A stretch of 60,851 nt of DNA, the filler included, from Sphacelaria rigidula (taxonomy: Eukaryota): assembly GCA_964200075.2 (NCBI GenBank). It is 6 parts of 6 records of this genome, joined end to end, with 100 filler letters (N's around TTAATTAATTAA, not from the genome) between each part and the next. Parts side by side here need not be neighbours in the genome. Positions count along the whole stretch, not along the records: positions 50,795 to 60,851 come from CAXNAA020007234.1; 5 more parts are not named here. One strand, given 5' to 3'. The translations under genes and the position numbers were made by a program. The notes beneath the pieces are model-generated. The model was not told where the DNA came from, searched no databases, and saw only the letters and a list, made by a program, of their open reading frames with translations. Of the stretch, positions 51,776 through 60,851 are shown in pieces (the stretch's first letter is position 1; each line of letters begins with the position of its first letter).

Positions 51776-51987
51776 AGAGGCATCTCAAACTCGCCGCCCG
51801 GTATCCTGGCTTATTCGCTTGCTCTGAGTTGTGTATAACCTTTTCAAGTGAAAGTGATCGCGATTCAAAGCAGGACCTGACCTGGTGGTCATTGGGTCTT
51901 ATCATCTGATGAATCGGCATCACTTTCACTTGAACAAATAGAACAAAATAAACCAGGATACCGGGAGCCGAGTTGGAGATATATCTA
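51776..51987. mobile_element. Fold-back MITE with ~40-bp TIRs
   Basis: tagaggcatctcaaactcgccgcccggtatcctggcttatt matches the reverse complement of aataaaccaggataccgggagccgagttggagatatatcta. Confidence 0.7.
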
Positions 51988-52456
51988 TTATGCTACAGCC
52001 CAAAGTGTTGTGGAACAATTTGAAAGGTTCCCGTCAGCGCCATTCGAATAAACTGGTCGCTCTCGATTGGATCTTGAACTCTCAATCTCACGAAAACAGT
52101 GTTAAAGGTAGGTTGAGCCCCTTCGCGATGTTGAACCCCATTTTTGCGGAGACGTTCCCACGGAAGTGAGGCACCAAGCTTCTACTTGCATACTTCGGGA
52201 GGAAGAACACACACACATGGAGACAAAGAGAGATGGGTAAAGAGAGAAAATATGGGACTTCGGAAGTAAATCATGACCCCCCCCGGCCGCAGCACGGTAG
52301 GGCAGGTACGAATACACACCAAGGGTATGAACACAAATACACAGAAAATGAACAACGCACGGATCATTGAACAGGGGTTCACGTGTGGCTCGTGTAGTAT
52401 TGCAGGGCAAGTCCGTGAAGCGTTGTTTCGGCCGGCTGTAATAATCAGGCAGAACA

Positions 52457-53061
52457 CTCCCTCTGTCCCATCAGTCTGGGAACTTATGGGTATTTCATCG
52501 TTTGGGTGTTCAAACGTTGACGACCATCCTATGGTTGGGTTCGTTAGAGAGGTGAAGCGCAGACGGAGCTGATGAAACAAAAAATACGAAAAAATAACGT
52601 TGTTTTAATCACTAACATTGTGTCGAAATATACCCCATTTTGACCTTTTTTTCATCCGTGTATACCCTCATCATTGACCGATCTTGGACGTTTTCAGGTC
52701 GAGCACTAGCCATTGCATGCTAACAAAATGTTGGATGGGATGTGCGTAGGTAAATATCACGGGCATGTCCCAAATAAATGGTGGTTTCGCGATTTTCACG
52801 TTTTCTGGCCTATTTTTCGCGATTTTTTGCGTTCCCGGGTCTCTCATGCTTTCCTGGGAAAACGAGCGAAAAATGGCCGTTTTTGGACCGACCTACTTTT
52901 TCTCGGCCGCGCGGCTGCATGGGTCAAGCACCCACGTTCTGGAGAATGTTTTTGTCAGTCCAAAAAACGCCGACGAATGCAATAAAAATATGGAAAATCA
53001 GATATCACACCGTCAAGGGGTCGCATTAACATGAGCTCGCGAACTTATGGGACAGAGGAAG
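52457..53061 (-). mobile_element. Stowaway-like MITE, second copy
   Basis: ctccctctgtcccatcag ... cttatgggacagaggaag-TA; the interior is the reverse complement of 42373-42963. Confidence 0.85.
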
Positions 53062-53889
53062 TATGACTTTTTGCTGCGAGTGCTAATCAATGACCAGTGC
53101 CGTGTACAGTAGAGTTTGTCCCAGTTTGTCTTCATTTTAGCCATGGTTGATATTATCTGATTTGAGTGTGAAAATCGATATTTGGATCATCACTGACGCT
53201 GATAGTCCCGGGTGCTCCTAGCGTGCACAGAATACATTGTTGCCCAAATCGTCGCATTGAAGTCTGCCATCTCACACGGTGCCTAGATACCGTTAGCACC
53301 CTCCTCGCCCGAGGGTTTCTCGGTATGCCTTGGGTTTGGATTAGGGTAAGGATTAGGTTTAGTTTGAAAATGTGTCAACCATGGGTACATTGTAGTCGAA
53401 CTTGGGTGAACACACCTCGCCGTGCCCCGCGCGATAGAGAAACACTGGTCTCGATATAAAATTCCCCTGCTTTATTCCATATCCGGTGCATGCAGATCGA
53501 GTTTCATGTAGGGATGTGTAATACAGGTCGAGTTTATGGCTTACACGCAGAAACCCGGCCGTCGACGAAGAAACCGGAACATGATGAATACAGGCCAAGA
53601 TCTGTAATGACTACAGCGAAAAGAGGTTTGACATGCAAGTCCGCCTGAACTGTTGTTCGGACAGGTCCCTCCTTAGGTAATGCAATCTACGAGCTGGGCC
53701 AGCCAAAACATGAACATTTCTTGAGCACACGATAACTTCTTCAGTTTTCCGGATTAACCTAATGTAAGTATACCGCTGTGAGGTGCAGACAAGCCTGCTG
53801 ATGCACGATCTGTCGCTTCACAAAAAATAAAAACATGTGCTGCATAAGTTATGATCTCAATCGTGGAGCTAGATATTCTGCAAAAGAAG

Positions 53890-53960
53890 GCATCTGTAAG
53901 GATTCGAACTCATGGCCTCCGTCGCTGGAGTCTGCTGTACCACTTGGGCTACCGGGACGC
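53890..53960 (-). pseudogene. tRNA-derived sequence (SINE head or tRNA pseudogene)
   Basis: Minus strand gcgtcccggtagcccaagtggtacag...gagttcgaatccttacagatgc has A box TAGCCCAAGTGG and B box GTTCGAATCC, but imperfect acceptor and anticodon arms. Confidence 0.55.
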
Positions 53961-54249
53961 AGCAGTGTCATACAAAAAATGGAATGCCGCGCCCGAGTTC
54001 AAGAGTTTTGAGTCGAGAATGTACAAGAAGCTTGCGCACGCACAATAGAATGCTTCACGCAAGCAACAAAAGGTTGCTTCTTCACGGAGTAATGATATTT
54101 TCTTTCCACCGACCTTTCTCTGTATATATGTTCCTGCCTGCCGGTGTATGCCAGAGCAGATCGGTGCCTCGCTTCCGTAGGGTCCATAGATGAGAGGGTT
54201 CATACCCAAAATATTGCGGTCATAGTAGATAGAAGAGCCGCAGTCTTTC

Positions 54250-54540
54250 CCCGTGGCCTTTTGTTTTCCACGACTCGGTATGAGTGTGGCTCTGCGCAAG
54301 ACCTTTTCCACCAACGCCATGTGGCAGAGGCCGGCCATTTCTTTCTTTTTCGTTCTTATCTGTTGTATTTTTTCTTTTTCTTAGTCTACTTTGTTGTTCT
54401 GTTATACCTTCTCTGGGTCATTTTTTTTTTCAGCGAATGTTTTAGTTTTGTTTCGTCTCGGGTAAGTCTATCATGTGACAACGCCTGGATCCCTGGGGGG
54501 TCAGTTAAAGTGCGACGATCAATCGATCTGAAAAAAAAAA
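54250..54540 (+). mobile_element. LINE 3' UTR with poly(A) tail
   Basis: ...tcatgtgacaacgcctggatccctggggggtcagttaaagtgcgacgatcaatcgatctg followed by A10; homologous to 1895-2310 (-). The 5' boundary is approximate. Confidence 0.6.
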
Positions 54541-55045
54541 TGTATATGTCGGGATTGAACTCACGACCTCCCGCCCTATAGGGCGGTATATCTGCACCGT
54601 CATACATGGACCAAAATGCACTGCCCCGTTGAGAGAGTTTCGAGCTAATTTTTTAAACGCATGTTCTGCACGTCAATACGCAAAGAACGCATATCTTAGC
54701 CAAAGAAACTATACATATATATATACATATGTTGATGAAATATGTATTTCAAGTTTTGTCAGAATCTTGAACTGACTCTGATTTGCTGTTTTTCGTTTCT
54801 GTTCTGCTGTGTAAGGCAATACGTTTTCACGTCTTGATATATCAACCTAGTGTCATAATTTCAGCTTCTAACTCTTCAAAGCGAGCCGTGCAAAGCTGTT
54901 CAAGGGCCAGAACTTGCTTCGAGCAGGCCCAGCTCGTAATGATCCAAGAAGAGAAAACGTCGCTCAACAGACCATTGATAATTTCTCGCTCCGTCACCTT
55001 TGATTCGAACAAGGGTCTCTTCTAAAGGGTCGGATTCGTGCGTAC

Positions 55046-55648
55046 CTGTTGCACGAATCTTGGCGACTTGACCTCGCTAGTTCCGCTCCTTCCCGCCAAG
55101 TACCACCGTGCCCCAACTCGCCACAATCGCCGCCGCCAGCTCCGATCGTGCTTCCATGACCAGGTGCGCGTATACCTCGACGTTGGTCGGCGCCCAGCCC
55201 CCAACCGTATGACTTCATGAGCGCCTCAATCACTGCTACCCATAGTTGCCTCTGCTGAGCATCTGCAGCGTTGAACTTGAATATTTTCGTGGTGGGCACT
55301 AGCGACTCTCGTCCGGGCGGGATGTGCAAGCCAGGGTGTCGCCCCTCTCCCCTGTGCAGCACCACCAGATCGAATCTGCAACCGCGATACTTCTTGTCCG
55401 ACGGCTGTTCGATTTTAACCACCAGACGTAGAGGAATTGATCCTCTCTCGCCTAAAGGTATCCGCCCCCACGCAGCCTCGGTATGGGTTCGATAGTATCG
55501 TAGTTCGCACGAGCTAGCGTAGAGCACGAAGTAACGCTTGTGCCAGCGAACGCCTCGCATGGACTCAGGGCTGAATTTCTGCAGATCGCCTTCGAGCAAT
55601 ATGCCCTGCTTGGTGGAGTGCAAGGTCTCCGAAATGCCGGCCTTGAAC
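55046..55648 (-). CDS. PH-domain exon of a large multi-exon protein
   Basis: Acceptor atcgcag|G completes ATG with the previous exon. LLEGDLQKF...WHKRYFVL...LRYY...GSIPL...FDL...FNAADAQQRQLWVAVIE is a canonical PH fold. Probable donor ACAG|gtacgc at 55046; otherwise reads to the stop at 54994. Confidence 0.85.
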
Positions 55649-56834
55649 CTGCGATGTACAAAGCAGGATACTTGAAAGCACCTCAGGATGAAGCTGTACA
55701 TGAGTCAACGATAAAAAAATACATTGTGAAAATATGTACGCAAGCAGTGGTTGGGGAAATAGAAACGAGCTCGGCTCGTGGACGGTCCAACCGCTGTTAC
55801 ATTCTGTCGAAATATACTGACTCTTAATGGCTCACATCTTGTGTGTTGTGTGTGTTGCGTGTTGTGTGTGTTGTCATTCCATCTATTATCGACGCCAGTC
55901 TACACACACGTGAGTTTACGCATTAGGGACCAATTTGCTTCAGAGAATGAACCTTGGGAACCTCCACCAAGAACAGTTTTCTTGTACGGGAATGAACGAA
56001 GATCGGAATTGTTTGGTATGAGCAAAGGATTTAATAAATTTCGGTTTGGTTCTTTCGAGGATGAGCGAGGCCACACATCACTGCCGCAAAACGCATTTCC
56101 GTTTTTATTTCGAAAACATTTCGATGCTATAAGCGTTCCCAAGGTTCATCCTAGAAAACTCCATCCCTAACTTGTAAAATCCCGTCTGTACACCATTCGG
56201 TAGACGTGGGCGCATCAGCGAGGGTCACACAGAAAAAAAAATGACACAGGATTCTTTGTTTTTCATCTTGTTCTAGAACTCCACCAGAAAGATGTGAGAA
56301 AAAATCCTAGATCGCCTGACTTCACCGATGTTCGAACCCACTTTCCAACCGTCAGAAGTTCTTGCGTTTACCAGCTGAGCCGGGGTGACCGGCTACGTGC
56401 GTTTTGGAAACGGCCGTAAAAACGATTCCCGAGTAAGATCCATTATTATCGACACTGTTTTTTCGGAAATCTAAGATTTTTTCGGATAATTCGGGGTCTG
56501 TGTTCAGAGCTCTCCGAAGACGAAGGGACCTGATTTCTTCAAAACCTTCGCCATTAGAGAAGTCCGAAAAAAATGGACTGCAATGCAGCACTTCGGAGAG
56601 CTGCCCTGTGTGTACACCCTGGCCCTCGCAAGCATTCGAGAGTCATCAGGTACCTTTTCAGTCCCGAAAATTTCGGAGATCTCCGAAAAAATAGTGGCGA
56701 TTAAAATGGGCCTAAGGAATGCTTCCCTCAAACATACGTTTCACCGGCACGTAGGGTTAGGGTTAGGGTTAACACAATCGAGATAGAACTAGCACCCTCT
56801 GCTTACAACTAATTCGTCGACTGGCGGCGCTCAC

Positions 56835-57946
56835 ATAGCTTCGGTGAAGGGCAGCTGTTGCTCCGTGAGTTGTGTTGTAGACGCTGCTTCTTTCGTGATG
56901 TCCAATGAACCGTGTCGCCTGCCCCAACCGACAAAGCCGCCATTGCGGCCAGGGCTTGTGGTCGCTGCAAGGTTACCGGGAAGAGGTAGAAACACAGGCC
57001 CAGTGGCACTCAAACATTTCTCCATTCTGGTCCGTGCATCGATGTAGGAATGCACGGTCTCCGGGAGGTTACGAGGATCCCCCTTGAAGTTGGCCGGGGC
57101 CAGTGGGCTATCAGGACAAAACATACCGCTATTAGCGTCGTCATTAGAATGCACGTGATCACTTTCTGACCCTCCAATACCACCCAGTTCATTCGGATCC
57201 GTTGCGCTTTCAAGATCCGTATTTGTCTTTCGATGAGAGCTTTTTCCATGTTTCCGCATGAGGCGCTGAGTTCTCCTCTTGCTTTTCTTGTCTTCGCTGC
57301 TGGAATACGTGCCGTCGCTATCATCTTCAACGTTTCCTCGAGATCCTAATTCTCGAGACATCGTCTGCCGGGTATTCAAATGAGTTGTGCCCATGATCAC
57401 ACCCCGGAGACTTCTGCTGAGCTTGGAGGCCAGGCTAGGGGAACGAGCAGCGGGAGACCGAGACGCTCCTGATCCAGATGTGTGGGTACCTCTCCGATTT
57501 CCACTGTTTGGATCCTCGCGACTTTTCCTTCGGCCGCGGCTCAGCTTGCGGCTCAAGCCCTGGGCTAACCTCGAAGTTGCTTTTTCTCCGCCCACCACCG
57601 GGGATGCAGATGATGCTGGAATTCCCAATGTCGCAACACTGTCCCGAACCGAGCCCACCGCACTTGTAACATTGTCTCCGCTCGAGCCGGAAGCCACGGG
57701 CGAGGTGAACTGAGATGCTACTGTTGGCTGATCAGGTACATTTTCGCTTAGTGCGTGGGTATTGTTGGCGGAGGCAGAAGGCGAATCGGCATCTGTGTGT
57801 TCGCCGGAGTCCGTTCTTGAAAAGCGACGAGAAGTGACCACGGCGGGGTTTTCCGCCGACCGCCTTTGGTTCGTGCGACGCATGGGTTCTGCGGAATCCA
57901 AACCCTCGTCCCCACCACTTCGATTCTCGCTCTTCCTGCGGAACAT
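56835..57946 (-). CDS. Ser/Arg/Gly-rich disordered exon of the PH-domain protein
   Basis: Acceptor gggcag|ATG (phase 0), donor CTAT|gtgagc (phase 2); 370 open codons; phases match both neighbouring exons. Confidence 0.8.
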
Positions 57947-58339
57947 CTGCCCGAAATACCCGTAGCGGTTGGCAAACGGCGGTATTGATCATAAGGAAAT
58001 CCGCGGCAAGTTGCGGACAACAAGTGTTTGCGTTCGTTGTACGTGGTGTCACATGAAAATCGCATCCGCTAAGGCGTGAAGTGAAGCAACCGAAGTAGAT
58101 GTTGAAGAACCGTACATGAACATAATTCAGGTAGCTTGTGATAGCATCGGGATTACCTCCTTTCACATTTTTCCCGTCCAATTTTACATCGTGCCATTGT
58201 CGCGCCGTCTGCATGACGCACTAATCGGTCGTCGAATCACCGTATGGCGTATCAAACACGCTATCAACTGCGCACACACAGGCCTATACATGAATCCCTG
58301 TTGTTTCATAACTCTGAGCTGGTGACGACAACAACATAT

Positions 58340-58477
58340 TTATCCTTTGGCCGCCAGAGAAGGTCATTTGGGTCTCGCAGTAACGTTTTTAGTGAAAGTG
58401 ATGCCGACTCGATCGATGATCTACCCTGGCGGTCAAAGGGTGGTCAAAGGGTGGTCAAAGGGTGGTCAAAGGGGTAA
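58340..58477 (+). mobile_element. piggyBac-type MITE with amplified right end
   Basis: Internal gtgaaagtgatgccga motif; ggtcaaaggg(t) repeated four times at the end. Confidence 0.6.
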
Positions 58478-58876
58478 GCTGGTGCACGTGAGGACACGTC
58501 AACCGCATGGTCGCAACTGCGCGGTGTTCACACCATGATGATTCATGCCCTAGGGCAGCATCCACTGACATTCTGGATCAAAGTGCAGCAGTCGCCTATC
58601 AAGCTCGTGCTTTGAGTCATTTGCCTAGTACACAACTACGATAATCATGACGCCGACGGCTTGGTTATTCACAGATCGACCCACTTTGGTTGTCAGCTCG
58701 TCCATGAACGTTTCAAGCCACGGTAGCGACCGATTAACACGGTGTCGATGCGCTTAAAGCTGTTCATTCGAACAAATGGACACCTTCTGCAATCAAAAAG
58801 GTTTAGGCTTACCCATTGTGCAGTAGAAAACGCTGTACCACACCAAGTACCACGTACACGACACAATCCATCTTAC

Positions 58877-59993
58877 CGTCTTGAGAAGTCCTTCAGCCTG
58901 CTGCCGGACCTTGCTGCGCAACGGCGAGGGCGACGATGGGGTTGAAGAATCTCCATCGGACGAGGACACCTCCGTTCTCGGTTTGCTAGGATTCCCCGAA
59001 CCATGTGCCGGCAAGGGCAAACATTGAACCGCACCGGAAGACACTCCAACGCCAGTGGCAGTAGCCGATAAAGGCTGTGGGATCGGCGACCCGCCACCGC
59101 CCGCCGCGGAAACAGATGCCGCCGGCGATTCTGGTTCCGACGAAAAAGGACTACTGCCATCAAGAATCTCTCTTCTGTCGACACCACCGCCAACGCCATG
59201 AGCGATACTGACGATCGAACGTGATGACGGAGACCCTACCGTGGGATCAGCTTGCGACTGCTGGCGTTTCAGCGGTGGAGCACGTCTATCGTCGTTGTAG
59301 TCGGATGGGGGTTGGCCTCGTTGGCCATCCAGTGATTTGTCGCCGTTGAGTGAATCATCTTCATCCCCTTGGCGATGAGGAGCAGTAAGGAGTTTCTCCT
59401 CGGAAGGGTTGCCTCTAAGCGCGCTGATAGCTTGAGGATGCACACGTTTCTCCACATCACCATTGTCGAGGGCAACATCGTAGCTGCCTCGAGAGGAAGT
59501 ACAAGTAATCGTGCCTGTTTCACTGCCTTTGCCAGACCCGAGAACCACTCTAACTCGATCGCCCTTCCCAAACCGCACCCCCGATGATTTTCTCCGAAAG
59601 TCTGTGGAGTGATTTCGCGCGGGATTTCCAGTATCACTAGCAGATCCACTTTGCCTGCGACGTGCTTCTCGTGACGAAGAATCTTTACTACGAGGTTTGC
59701 TGTTTTCAGCAGCAGCATCCCTTTTGTTGCTGTTATAATCATCTCTATTGATATCAAGAGCGTTACTCCGATTATTGTGACCGTTGAGTCTGCTGGTAGA
59801 GTCGTCGCCAATGTCGTATTTGCCAGCATCGCGTTTTTGCTTTTGGGGTCGCCGGTTGGTGCCCCTTCGAGAGGTGCCGTACTTATCTTGATCACCCATA
59901 TCACCATCACCGCCACCAACGCCATCATCATCGTCGTCACTTTCAGCATCCTCATCATCGTCCTCAGAGGGCGAGTCTGATTCGAAACTGTCC
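58877..59993 (-). CDS. Exon with a Tudor/KOW-like module, upstream part of the PH-domain protein
   Basis: Acceptor gtatag|G after a pyrimidine tract, donor ACG|gtaaga. FGKGDRVRV...GTITCTSSRGSYDVALDNGDVEKRV resembles an SH3-fold Tudor/KOW barrel. The 5' exons were not found in the window. Confidence 0.8.
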
Positions 59994-60204
59994 CTATACG
60001 GTCGTGACACCGGTCAAAGTGATGAGAAAACGCGAGGAAATGCTGGCTTTTGGTACCGACCATTAGTTCGACGTACATAACGACAGTAATGGGCTGCTGA
60101 TCATGTCGTGGCAACATGGAGGCGGACGCTGCATCAAATAAAATATCCACACGTTTCCGGTAGGCTACAGGCTGCAGTACAGGGTTGTTTATTTTCAATA
60201 ATAT

Positions 60205-60633
60205 CAGGGGTATACGCGTTACACGTGACGCTTTGACGTGACACATTCGGAAAAACGTAACTTTGGGTCATTTAACGCTACGTAAGGTTTGATTCTTTCG
60301 ATGGGACGAATATGACGTAACGTGGTGTAACATGTGGTCCTTCGCATGAACCCTAACGTAGCGTTTTACTTTCCAAATGTGACGAAAACCCTGCTTGTTT
60401 TCGTGAATTTGTGACGTGTCACGTGTCACGTTTCACGGAAAAAATTCACAAAAACAGGGTTTTTTTCAGCGGGGAAACCCCGAGAGACACTCCTTCAAGG
60501 TCCACACGTTACATCACGTTAAGTTACATTTGTACTGTCCAAAAACTCAAACTTTACGTAGCGTTGAACGGTCCAAAGTTACGTTTTTCCCGATCTTTTC
60601 AAATGTGTCACGTGTGTAACGTGTATATCCCTG
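60205..60633. mobile_element. hAT-type fold-back MITE (429 bp) with 8-bp TSD
   Basis: caggggtatacgcgttacac ... gtgtaacgtgtatatccctg; flanks aataatat and aatattat match at 7/8; long internal inverted arms. Confidence 0.8.
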
Positions 60634-60851
60634 AATATTATAAAGTCATTTTACAGCGATTGTGATTCATCATCCGCGGCGTCAATTGGAGGCGGTCAAG
60701 CTCTAAGGCCTAAAATTTAACAGCCGATCAAAAACCTTGAGGATTGAGCTTTTCATTGAGGATGAGGAAGCCCCGGACCAGTGCGCGGAAAGTGCCCATA
60801 CATCTGTCTTCCGAAAACATTTCGGTAGTTGCGAAGGACATCGCAACAATT

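Larger units (their letters stand above)
53688..54938. mobile_element. Mariner-type non-autonomous element (TA-cgagctgggcc TIRs) with nested insertions
   Basis: TAcgagctgggcc at 53688 and ggcccagctcgTA ending at 54938. The same terminus recurs near 8139, 11418, 21485, 25787 and 41300. Confidence 0.6.

Noticed and set aside
53890..53960. Functional tRNA gene
   Set aside because: The acceptor stem has mismatches and the anticodon loop is not 7 nt; kept only as a tRNA-derived relic.
56752..56771. (TTAGGG)3 as a chromosome end
   Set aside because: Short interstitial tract inside an intron, adjoining a repeat.
59269..60246. 325-aa alternative minus-strand ORF
   Set aside because: Shadow frame of the real exon; shifted low-complexity codons and no splice-phase fit.

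Overview
Eukaryotic, repeat-rich genomic DNA with long GT-AG introns, most likely from a brown alga (Phaeophyceae); the organism is inferred from gene content, intron style and repeat types. The window is not one locus. It consists of six contigs of 10060, 10060, 10058, 10058, 10058 and 10057 bp joined by artificial 100-bp N44-TTAATTAATTAA-N44 linkers, so no synteny should be read across the gaps. Host genes, all partial: (1) five or six phase-consistent exons of the DNA-PKcs (PRKDC) HEAT region on +; (2) the first coding exon of a protein with an MLKL/HeLo-like N-terminal helical bundle; (3) the terminal exon of a sulfotransferase; (4) three exons on - of a Tudor/KOW-like + disordered + PH-domain protein. 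The rest is transposon-derived: a Ty3/Gypsy integrase pseudogene, decayed Copia, hAT and LINE remnants, and MITEs of piggyBac, Stowaway/mariner and hAT type. The most distinctive signal is a short retroposed family that ends in C-rich rather than A-rich tails. It has 14-15 bp target-site duplications at C-runs, 5' truncations and a conserved GTC-N4-GAC hairpin, and 8 of its 10 copies lie in the DNA-PKcs contig.
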